Positions 56,373-64,000 of a stretch of 64,000 bases of DNA are shown in pieces. Made by a program: the position numbers and the translations under genes. Location of the stretch: the IMG/VR virus record IMGVR_UViG_3300008267_000004, positions 123,451 to 187,450 of that record. The stretch is one strand, 5' to 3'. The notes below the pieces were generated by a model. It did no database searches. It saw only the letters and a list, made by a program, of their open reading frames with translations, and was not told the DNA's origin. The stretch is from a virus. Within the stretch, counting starts at the first letter, position 1. Each line of letters begins with the position of its first letter.

Positions 56373-56876
56373 TTATTTTGCATTAAACACATTCTCTCTT
56401 GCTCTAATACACTTAGCATCAATTTGAAAAGAGGTATCTTGACCGAATAAAACTCTAGACTCATTTAGTGTTACTATTTCGTAGTATAAACCATCATATA
56501 GAAGAAAATCTCCTTCTCTTACATATAAATCTTGATCTTCTACTAATCTACGTTTATGAAATTTAACAGTTAATGATATTCTTCTATCGATACCAAATGA
56601 ATCTAAATTTGTTCCTGAACCTTCCCAAGTTACTAATACAAATACCCTAACAGGCGAAAGAAATGTTTTTTGCATTGCTTCACCATATACTGGGTGGTAA
56701 TATGTATTTTCTCTGCTAATTGGATAATATATAATTTCTTGACCTATAACTCTTTCCAGAAGTTCATCATTTACCTGTTTTACTAAATTTCTTTCTTTCT
56801 GCCCAAGAAATAAAGGTGGGGGAGGTGAATCTGGTGGTATTTCTACTAAATTTTCTTCTTTCTTTTTTCTAGCCAT
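56373..56876 (-). CDS. neck / head-completion protein (gp14-like)
   Basis: GQEIIYYPI...HPVYGE...F..P; VREGDFL.Y...YYEI; position in the neck cluster. Confidence 0.6.
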   Translation of the reverse strand: MARKKKEENLVEIPPDSPPPPLFLGQKERNLVKQVNDELLERVIGQEIIYYPISRENTYYHPVYGEAMQKTFLSPVRVFVLVTWEGSGTNLDSFGIDRRISLTVKFHKRRLVEDQDLYVREGDFLLYDGLYYEIVTLNESRVLFGQDTSFQIDAKCIRARENVFNAK

Positions 56877-56878
56877 CT

Positions 56879-58117
56879 TTATACTCCCAATTTATCTATA
56901 GCATCTTGAATAATTTGATTATGATCAAAAGCTAATTTGGTTGATAAGGCTTTTTCTACTGAAACCCATCCCGCTTCTTCTGCGTCATCTCTTCCCGCTA
57001 CTTTTTGATTAATATCTTCCGGTAATAAAACTGCAAATGCAGTAGTTCTTGACCAAGATTCTTCGTTATCTCTAGGATCCCTATTATTTCCTTCGTATTT
57101 TCCAACTTGGATCATCGATCTATTTAAAGAAGGAATATATAAACCAGTTTCTTCTGTTAATTCTCTAAAAGCTGCTTGTCTAGCAGACTCTCTATCATCT
57201 TTCCATTGTTTTCCTTTGGGCTGATTTGTGTCATGAAAACCACCAGGTAATGCATAAAATCCTGGATACGCTTTACTTGAGGTATTTCTTTTTATTAGTA
57301 ATATCTTTAGAGTATCGTCAAATTTTTTAAATACAGCTATATCGACAGTTGGATTAGCACCTGGTCTCCAGAATGGCTGTTCATCACTTCCCCAATATTC
57401 TACAGGTTTAGATATTTGACCATATGATCTATTCATATACCTTCCAATTAATTCGTAGGAAGAAGGGACTAAAAATACTGCCTGTGAAGACTGTAAAATA
57501 TGAATATTTGAACCTTTATCAACTACAGCATCGTATCCCATATCTCTTAAAATTTTATTCCATATAATAGTAGATCTTTTTGTATATTGACCAACTCTAG
57601 ATTGATCTGTTTCTGCTATCGCTTGAGATACCCCCCAAATTTCTGATGCTTGATTGTCATATTTATAAAGATCTGCATTTTGTTTAACATCTTCTACAAA
57701 CTCTTCAAAATTTTTTCCCACCTTCTTCTTTATACTCTTTTCATATACATCTTTTAAGAAGTTTATATCTTTTGAATAATTTGCATAAGACGATAAATTT
57801 AACACTCTATCTGTATTTAATCTTATTAGATTAACATATTTTCTATCATCTCCAAAAAAACGATCTCCAGATACCCAATCTTGCCATAAATCTTTTAAAT
57901 TATAAGCATAAACGCCAATTGGAGTTGAAAATCTATTATTTGGGTTAACACCTATTTTTTCTAAATCTGTAAAACTGACAAAATAATTATCATCATCAGA
58001 AAATCTTTCTAGCCTCTTTAAAATAGGGATATTTACATTCTCTGGCCTCTTTTTCTTTTCTGTAAGAAAATTTCTCCAATTAGAAAATAAATCATAAACT
58101 TGTTTTTCTTTAGTCAT
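56879..58117 (-). CDS. NUDIX hydrolase (ADP-ribose pyrophosphatase-like) fused to an N-terminal ART-like domain, with leader motif B
   Basis: PTVDIAVF, LLIKR, ALPGGF, RELTEETGL NUDIX box, GRDDA..A.W, LAFDH..II. Confidence 0.75.
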   Translation of the reverse strand: MTKEKQVYDLFSNWRNFLTEKKKRPENVNIPILKRLERFSDDDNYFVSFTDLEKIGVNPNNRFSTPIGVYAYNLKDLWQDWVSGDRFFGDDRKYVNLIRLNTDRVLNLSSYANYSKDINFLKDVYEKSIKKKVGKNFEEFVEDVKQNADLYKYDNQASEIWGVSQAIAETDQSRVGQYTKRSTIIWNKILRDMGYDAVVDKGSNIHILQSSQAVFLVPSSYELIGRYMNRSYGQISKPVEYWGSDEQPFWRPGANPTVDIAVFKKFDDTLKILLIKRNTSSKAYPGFYALPGGFHDTNQPKGKQWKDDRESARQAAFRELTEETGLYIPSLNRSMIQVGKYEGNNRDPRDNEESWSRTTAFAVLLPEDINQKVAGRDDAEEAGWVSVEKALSTKLAFDHNQIIQDAIDKLGV

Positions 58118-58120
58118 TTT

Positions 58121-59392
58121 TTAACCTACAAATATTAAGTTTGGAATAAAAGTGTTAACTTTCTGAGCGTCTTCTGCTATCTTAGCGTTGTCTTCACCGA
58201 GTTTAGCATAAGTCATCTCCGCTAGTTGAGTTTTTAATTCTTCTCTTAAATCTTTTTGTTCCTCTTTACCTTCTGCAATTAATTTATCGCCATTTAAAGT
58301 TACGCTTTCTCCTGGAATTGGTATAGTACCAAATTTACTTCTAACTTGTCCTAGCATTTCTTTGGAGATAGCTAAGGCAAATCTACGGATCCATTGTTTT
58401 CCAATCGAATTAATTTTATCATATGGTAAGTTTTCAAATGGTAAAGTATTCATATTATTGATTCCATCTACATTAGTAGTAGAATTACTCTCTCCAGAAT
58501 CCCAACCATTTTGCTCTATAGTAAATTCAAACCAAAAACGATTTGCACTGGATGCCTGTGGTACTGGAAATAATCTAAGGACGTTATTTCTTAGTTGATA
58601 TGACCAGTCGCTAACTCTAGTTTTTATTGCATCTTTATAAGCCATGGCCTGTAATTTATTTTGCCACACTGGAATTATCTCAAATGTACTGTCATCTGCA
58701 TATTGTCCATAAGTTGAAAGATTTCCTACTACGTTTAATCCTCCGAAATATCCATAAAAATTCCAAGATGCTCCAGCTGTTTTATAATACACTTTTCGTA
58801 TATTTATACTTTTTCCCTCAATATCCCATCCATATTCATCAGCAGAAGAACTTACTGCATTTATTAGATCATAGTCTTGCTGCCCAGGATTTATATCAAA
58901 AGAAGCAGAATATATTGGCTGACCGCTGTTTAGTAATGCCTCTGTTGCTGTAAATAATCCAACATTTTTTGCATATCCTAAACTAAATTTTGGTAATTTT
59001 AGGCTGATATTATCGGGTAAATCTGAACCAGTTAATTGACCATTGTTATCAAATGTACCCGTAGCTTGACCTATCAAAAATGGTAATGCATTTTTAGATT
59101 GATGTAAGTTTATTAAATAAGAGTATTCTAAACATGCTTCTTCATACGCAGCATGTACTTGTGTTTCCACTAACTCAATATCTAATATGTCTCCACCTAG
59201 TTTTTTATATACATACGATACCTGTTCGGCAGATCCACTTTTATATAAACTAATCTGAGAAGAATTCCAATAATCAGAATTTACATAAATGCCAAAAGGA
59301 AGTGTTTGTGAAGTTACATTTGAAATACTACCAGTAGATGGTAAAATTACTTTACTCATCATTGATACTGGTGTTAAAGTTGGTAATGACAT
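58121..59392 (-). CDS. neck protein (gp13-like head-tail adaptor)
   Basis: KLGGDILDIEL...V...YEEA..EY; WIRRFALA..K..LG.VR.KF..IP.PG..V.LNG. Confidence 0.7.
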   Translation of the reverse strand: MSLPTLTPVSMMSKVILPSTGSISNVTSQTLPFGIYVNSDYWNSSQISLYKSGSAEQVSYVYKKLGGDILDIELVETQVHAAYEEACLEYSYLINLHQSKNALPFLIGQATGTFDNNGQLTGSDLPDNISLKLPKFSLGYAKNVGLFTATEALLNSGQPIYSASFDINPGQQDYDLINAVSSSADEYGWDIEGKSINIRKVYYKTAGASWNFYGYFGGLNVVGNLSTYGQYADDSTFEIIPVWQNKLQAMAYKDAIKTRVSDWSYQLRNNVLRLFPVPQASSANRFWFEFTIEQNGWDSGESNSTTNVDGINNMNTLPFENLPYDKINSIGKQWIRRFALAISKEMLGQVRSKFGTIPIPGESVTLNGDKLIAEGKEEQKDLREELKTQLAEMTYAKLGEDNAKIAEDAQKVNTFIPNLIFVG

Positions 59393-59426
59393 ATTATTTC
59401 CTCAGATGCGTTAAATCCTTTCTTAT

Positions 59427-59434
59427 TAAGTAGT
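59427..59434 (-). promoter_or_regulatory. putative late promoter variant
   Basis: Sense ACTACTTA upstream of the neck gene. Confidence 0.5.
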
Positions 59435-59459
59435 TTTATTTAAACGAATAATCAAAAAA

Positions 59460-59489
59460 AACCCCGCTAATCTTTCGACTAGCGGGGTT
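59460..59489 (-). terminator. intrinsic terminator after the major capsid gene
   Basis: Minus strand AACCCCGCTAGTC-GAAA-GATTAGCGGGGTT (GNRA loop) plus U tail. Confidence 0.85.
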
Positions 59490-59509
59490 CCAATTAACTT
59501 ATAGGTTAA

Positions 59510-61309
59510 TTAGCCTTGTAGATCTTGTACAACAACTAGGCCGTACATGTCTGGACGAACCATTGCTTTACCATAACGAGTCATAACAGCTTTGCGTGGT
59601 GCAAAAGTGTTTGGATCGAAGATGGTTGGGGTGCTTTGTAGTGGTACATATGGAGCATAAACATAACCACTTTCTAGGAAGCTTCCACCTTTACGTCCTA
59701 CTAAGATTACGTTACGTAGGAAGTATGGATGAACAATGATATCCCATTTCTTGTTTAGATCACCTACTTTAACAGCACCTACTGAACCTTTTTCATCAGT
59801 TGCAGTTACTGAAGCGCGGAATCCAGAAGTAAATTCTAGGATGTTTGCAACTTCTGGTCCGCAGACTAAGAAGTTAGCACCACCACGTAGAGTTTTACGG
59901 TGGATAGCTGCTGATACGTCGTTGATTGTTTCAACTAGGGTTTCATACCACATTGAAACGTTACCGGTGAAGTCTGGTGGTCCTGCATATGAATTAGCAG
60001 TACCAACTTCGGCACCAGAAGAACGATCTAAGAATTTACCTGGACGGCGTGACCAGTATTTGACACCGGCAGTTTGTCCCTTAACTAGATCGTTTAGAAT
60101 TTCTTGATCAATTTCTAGACCAATTTGTTCTGATAACATAGAAGTTAATTCAACTTCAGCATCTAGGTTGTGGTAAGCATTTAGATCTTGACCTAATTCT
60201 GGAGTCCATGCAGCCTTTAGCTTACGAGTACGAGCTGTAATGCTGAATGAATCTACTTTTAGCTCTACTTCTGGGATTGCTGAAGAGCCTTCAAATGTCC
60301 ATGGAGATGTACCAGCTAATGCACCTAGAGCACTTGCTCCTACGTTAGCTAGATTATCTTTAATTGGGAAGGTTACAACAGCTTGTGAAGCACCAGAGAA
60401 TAGGTTTGCTTTTGTTGGAGAGGTAGAGGTAGTAGCTACTACGAATGATACTGTACCAGCTGCCTTGTTTACTGTTGTTAGACGGCGAATTACTTTTGCA
60501 CTTCCACCTAGAGCACCACCACCTGTGTAATCTCCAGCTGAATCAACTGCAGATGAACCAGTTACCAATGATGCAGCAAATACGTCTTGTTCTGCAATCA
60601 AAGCAGCGGCTCCACCGCTAAATCCTAGATCAGAAAGATTAAATGTTACAACAGATGCTGAAACATATGGAGTTGCATCTCCACCAGCTAATAGATCTGC
60701 ATCATAACGAATTGCAGATAATTGAGCGGCAGTTGCATTTGCTCCCTTGCTTTCTAGATTGAATGGAGTTGCTACTGTTACGCTAGCAGTTGCAACTGAT
60801 TTTGACCAACGTGATGTGTTGTAACCGTTAGCTAAGTTGTAGAAACCTTTTTCAGCATAATCTACACCATCTACACGTACACCACCAGTGATTTCAACAC
60901 CTAGACGATCACCGAAGAAAGAGCTAGATGCTGGGAATACAACGTCACCTGTGCTACCTACGTTAGTTCCTCTACGGAAGTCCATAAAGAATACTAGACC
61001 TGATGGTAAGCTCATTGGTTGTACTGAAACTAGATCATTTGCGATCAAGCCAGCAAATACACGACGGACGATTGGGAACGCAACAGCGGCAAAGCCTTGT
61101 ACGTCACCTGCAGCCATTGTGGTTGCTTCTTTTAGTAATTCAGCAGCTTGGTTTTCTAACAAGCGTGCCATTGTGCTCTTTTGACGAGCAGATGATAGTC
61201 CTTCTAATAGACCACTTTTTTCCCATTTAGAAACTAGAGTTTCAGTTTCTTTTAGTAGGTTTCTTTCTACCATACCTTCTGTTAATTTTTCTAATACATT
61301 ATTACCCAT
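59510..61309 (-). CDS. major capsid protein (T4 gp23-like) with a large insertion domain
   Basis: FPIVRRVF..LIA..LVSVQPM..PSGLVF, TRKLKAAW.PE..QDL.AYH.LDAE.EL, YVYAPYVPL, TRYG. Confidence 0.93.
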   Translation of the reverse strand: MGNNVLEKLTEGMVERNLLKETETLVSKWEKSGLLEGLSSARQKSTMARLLENQAAELLKEATTMAAGDVQGFAAVAFPIVRRVFAGLIANDLVSVQPMSLPSGLVFFMDFRRGTNVGSTGDVVFPASSSFFGDRLGVEITGGVRVDGVDYAEKGFYNLANGYNTSRWSKSVATASVTVATPFNLESKGANATAAQLSAIRYDADLLAGGDATPYVSASVVTFNLSDLGFSGGAAALIAEQDVFAASLVTGSSAVDSAGDYTGGGALGGSAKVIRRLTTVNKAAGTVSFVVATTSTSPTKANLFSGASQAVVTFPIKDNLANVGASALGALAGTSPWTFEGSSAIPEVELKVDSFSITARTRKLKAAWTPELGQDLNAYHNLDAEVELTSMLSEQIGLEIDQEILNDLVKGQTAGVKYWSRRPGKFLDRSSGAEVGTANSYAGPPDFTGNVSMWYETLVETINDVSAAIHRKTLRGGANFLVCGPEVANILEFTSGFRASVTATDEKGSVGAVKVGDLNKKWDIIVHPYFLRNVILVGRKGGSFLESGYVYAPYVPLQSTPTIFDPNTFAPRKAVMTRYGKAMVRPDMYGLVVVQDLQG

Positions 61310-61331
61310 TTGAGTCTCCTGTGAATGATAT

Positions 61332-62705
61332 TTATCTAATACCAGCTAACGCTTTCATGCGATCTGCCATTAAAGAATCTAAACTCGCTGGTTGTTTAGA
61401 TCTTGTTAAGAAAGGCGTTGATCCACGATTGATTGCTTCGCTTAGTGATTTTGGTGTTTTTTCTTTAACACTCTGCACTGTGCTTTGAAGAGTTTCGTAG
61501 ATTGTTTTTGCCTCTATAACACTTTCAGCCTTAGTAATGTTTTCGACAATTTGAGATTTTTGTCGCTCATTCAAGGAGACATTACTTAGAACTTTATTCG
61601 TGTACAACAATTTAGCATTTGAAATATTGATCTTATCTAATTGATCCTTTAAACTATTAACTGCTTCTAATAATTTTTCGTTTGTAGAGTTTAATGAATC
61701 AGTTTTTTCTTTTTCTTTAAGAAGCTTTTTATCCATAATTTTTAAAGATTCTTCTAAGTCGGAAAGATTCTTTTTAGCATATTCCCTTCTAGAAACTTCT
61801 TTATCGCCTCTAGCTTTTGCATAAGCTACTTTTTTGGATTCTCTTTCTTCTCTTTTATTTGTTCCCATATATCCATCTGGAACATTTTCCATGTCAACCA
61901 TTAAAGACTCTTCTAGTTCTAGAAGCTCTTCTTCTGTTAACTCTACTTCTTCGTTTACATCGGAAGCAACAGGTGCAGATTCTGCTGGTGATTTTTCACC
62001 TTTCTCTTTTGCAATTTTTTCAGCTTCTGCTTTTGCAGCTGCTCTTGCTTTATCACTCTGTTGTTGAATTCTTGCTGCCTCTTCTCTTTTTTTAGATGCT
62101 TGCATTGATAAATCATCTGCTGCTTTATTAGATGTTTCAACATCTTCATCTAATTCAAGTTCAAGTTCTAACTCTTCCTCTTCTGCTTGAGATCTATGAT
62201 AAGAAGTACCAGGATTATCATAACTTTCTTTAAATTTAATTCTTAAAGCCTCAGCCATTGGTTGTGGTTCTGCTGCTGGTGCTGGTGCAGTAACCGCAGG
62301 AGGAGAGGAAAGCATTGTTACTTGTGAAGTCGATGGTTGTGCTTTTAGCTGATCAAAATTAATTGTTATTAATTCGTCATCATCTCCATCTAAATTAAAA
62401 AAGGCTGTTTTAACATTTTTAAATGGATCTTTTTTATCCATACCAATACCTGTTCCTGTTGCCATCGGAGTAACTGGTGCAGGAGGAGTTACTGTTGGAC
62501 CTGTTGGATCCGCAGCATTAGCAGACGCAGTTTCTTGATCAACTTCTGCTGGTGGAGGGGTTTCTTCCTCTTGTTCTAGCAATTTTTCAACTTTTTCTTT
62601 AAATTCTTTCGAGTACTTCTCAATTAGTGAAGCTTCAGCACTTTTCATTGCTGTTTCTCGGAGAGCAGCTGCATCTATAATTGCTTGTTCTAACATTGTT
62701 GACAT
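61332..62705 (-). CDS. prohead core scaffolding protein
   Basis: MLEQAIIDA..LRE.A...A, acidic coiled coil, NAKLLY.NKVL, C-terminal RMKALAGI; immediately upstream of the MCP gene. Confidence 0.75.
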   Translation of the reverse strand: MSTMLEQAIIDAAALRETAMKSAEASLIEKYSKEFKEKVEKLLEQEEETPPPAEVDQETASANAADPTGPTVTPPAPVTPMATGTGIGMDKKDPFKNVKTAFFNLDGDDDELITINFDQLKAQPSTSQVTMLSSPPAVTAPAPAAEPQPMAEALRIKFKESYDNPGTSYHRSQAEEEELELELELDEDVETSNKAADDLSMQASKKREEAARIQQQSDKARAAAKAEAEKIAKEKGEKSPAESAPVASDVNEEVELTEEELLELEESLMVDMENVPDGYMGTNKREERESKKVAYAKARGDKEVSRREYAKKNLSDLEESLKIMDKKLLKEKEKTDSLNSTNEKLLEAVNSLKDQLDKINISNAKLLYTNKVLSNVSLNERQKSQIVENITKAESVIEAKTIYETLQSTVQSVKEKTPKSLSEAINRGSTPFLTRSKQPASLDSLMADRMKALAGIR

Positions 62706-62746
62706 TAACTATTCTCCCAATACAGGAATACTTTATACTTTTTAAT

Positions 62747-62754
62747 TAATTAGT
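62747..62754 (-). promoter_or_regulatory. putative late promoter variant
   Basis: Sense ACTAATTA upstream of the scaffold-MCP operon. Confidence 0.55.
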
Positions 62755-62807
62755 GTAATACAGAACGAAATGACAAAATATTATAATTTAAATATTATTT
62801 AAATCAT

Positions 62808-63083
62808 TTATCGGCTTTTTTTCTTCTTAGAATCCGATTCAATCTCTGAATTTAACTCTAAATTATAATTTTTTGCATTTCTTTTATATTTACTTCTTTT
62901 TAGTCGTTCTTTTACACTTTTTTTAACAAATCTTCTTGTATATGAACATTCTTCATAAAGATATTGTACTAAAGATTCCTTGCTACACTCCTTAAGAAAC
63001 TTTTTAATTAATATATCCGTAGATTCCTGAGAAGGGCTTACACCTTGAGGTAATCTTACCTCTAATAATACTGCTCTAGACAT
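62808..63083 (-). CDS. divergent ribosomal protein bS21-like protein
   Basis: V..EVR...E..DILIKKF.KEC.K..LV...RRFVKKSVKER.KR aligns by eye with the bS21 consensus; located next to scaffold/MCP. Confidence 0.55.
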   Translation of the reverse strand: MSRAVLLEVRLPQGVSPSQESTDILIKKFLKECSKESLVQYLYEECSYTRRFVKKSVKERLKRSKYKRNAKNYNLELNSEIESDSKKKKSR

Positions 63084-63086
63084 TTT

Positions 63087-63497
63087 TTACCTATTTCTCT
63101 TTCCCTCGAGTAATTCGAGTTGTTGATTCCATGAGTTTATCATGTTTTTGTCAAATAATTTATCAACATTTACACCTTCTTGTCCTTTTGCTTCCACCGA
63201 ATCTATATCCTCCGTCCCAGCAAAAGGATCAAATCCTGAAAATGATGCTGCTTTTTTAACTTCCTGTATTGCTTGCTTTTTTTCCTCTACAGATTCTTTT
63301 TGTAGAGATTTAATAACAGATTTTGTTTCTGGCATTGGTCTTTTTTGTATAGAATTTTGTGTCTGTTGAGAACTTTCATTCAAATTATGCTCTTTTAACA
63401 TACGTATTAAGCCTTCTTGAAGCATTATTTCATGCAAACACTCTTTAATTAGTGGCTTAATTATTGATTTCATTTGCTTTTTTTCTTCTTTATTCAT
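63087..63497 (-). CDS. hypothetical head-module protein
   Basis: MKSIIKPLIKECLHE..LQEG leader resembles motif A; late-motif variant at 63517-63524. Confidence 0.5.
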   Translation of the reverse strand: MNKEEKKQMKSIIKPLIKECLHEIMLQEGLIRMLKEHNLNESSQQTQNSIQKRPMPETKSVIKSLQKESVEEKKQAIQEVKKAASFSGFDPFAGTEDIDSVEAKGQEGVNVDKLFDKNMINSWNQQLELLEGKRNR

Positions 63498-63523
63498 TTT
63501 AACCTCTATTTTTTTATAATTAG

Positions 63524-63997
63524 CTATCTTCCTAAATAAAATCCTGTTATCATAACAGATATAATAAAACTTGTTGCAGATATCGATGAAAGACCATCAC
63601 GAATAAGTGGGTTATCACCGGGCAAAAGATAAGGATTAGCAGATAATGTTGGAATCCACCAACTACCTACAGTTCCATTTCCTGGGCTTAACCAAGTTAC
63701 GGCACTGGTATCGACATGGATTGTATTATTTGTAGAAGATCCCCTCATGCGAAAATTTCTATTACTCCCTGACCATCCAACTTGTGATACAAGTCTATAT
63801 CTTACATCTGTAATAACAAATCTTCCAAAGTGAAGAGAAGTTCTTATTGATGATACAGTATATTCTGTTTGTGAAGCTGGTGCGTTAATATTACCAACCA
63901 AGGTAACTAATTCAGAATTTCTAGTAGAGCCAGAAGCGGTTGGTTGAAAATTTAATAATGTTCTATATGACATATTTTTAATCCGCGTAAGATTCAT
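63524..63997 (-). CDS. beta-rich hypothetical (probably structural) protein, may extend beyond the window
   Basis: Frame is open to the window edge; Ser/Thr-rich. Confidence 0.4.
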   Translation of the reverse strand: MNLTRIKNMSYRTLLNFQPTASGSTRNSELVTLVGNINAPASQTEYTVSSIRTSLHFGRFVITDVRYRLVSQVGWSGSNRNFRMRGSSTNNTIHVDTSAVTWLSPGNGTVGSWWIPTLSANPYLLPGDNPLIRDGLSSISATSFIISVMITGFYLGR

Positions 63998-64000
63998 ATC

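Noticed and set aside
357-62095. All plus-strand ORFs in the track (e.g. 357..614, 4445..4771, 29841..30155, 47097..47525, 48107..48664, 59736..60107)
   Set aside because: They are antisense shadows of well-supported minus-strand genes, with Ser/Phe/Leu-rich compositions, no SD and no motifs.
21505-62149. Nested same-strand alternative-frame ORFs (e.g. 21505..21696, 23494..23913, 27940..28152, 36570..36911, 43495..43686, 61955..62149)
   Set aside because: They lie entirely inside conserved genes and show no recognisable motifs or ribosome-binding sites.
1-64000. tRNA/rRNA genes, introns, inteins, transposases, integrase
   Set aside because: Intergenic gaps are short and explained by promoters and terminators; no cloverleaf was seen; DnaE, RecA, the helicase and MCP have ordinary lengths without intein motifs. 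A tRNAscan/Infernal run would be needed to exclude these formally.
1-64000. Alternative genetic code (stop-codon reassignment, as in some jumbo phages)
   Set aside because: Conserved genes are full-length under code 11 and end in TAA, TGA or TAG; the only breaks (RNR, tail chaperone) are frame changes, not in-frame stops.

Overview
A 64 kb segment of a large, AT-rich, lytic myovirus-type (jumbo) phage genome. Essentially every real gene is on the minus strand; the plus-strand ORFs in the track are shadows. Reading in the direction of transcription (right to left): a T4-like head/neck/tail module (bS21-like protein, scaffold, gp23-like major capsid, neck proteins, tail sheath, two tail tubes, tail chaperone with a probable programmed frameshift, tape measure, baseplate); a replication/repair block (minimal PolA-like polymerase, tubulin/FtsZ-like GTPase, gp32-like SSB, RecA, UVDE, 5'-3' exonuclease, DnaB-like helicase, thioredoxin, class II RNR carrying an internal deletion and frameshift, GroES, ThyX, DnaE, dUTPase, IMPDH-like enzyme); then ClpP-like protease, GroEL, Hsp20 and accessory genes. 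Two promoter classes are visible: host sigma70-type (TTGAC-17-TAnnaT), often overlapping terminators, and a phage late motif (sense ACTATTTA). The most striking pattern is about 12-14 otherwise unrelated proteins, almost all downstream of the late motif and mostly outside the structural block. They share short N-terminal leaders (MKITxxxLxxII.EE; M..[IL]MENWR.F) ending in LxE sites like the capsid's own inferred maturation site. I infer a head-packaged, protease-matured effector cargo: RNA end-healing enzymes, a protein-kinase-like domain, PD-(D/E)xK-like nucleases, an ART-like/NUDIX fusion and proteins with cryptic signal peptides. All family assignments are by-eye motif recognition; no database search was run.
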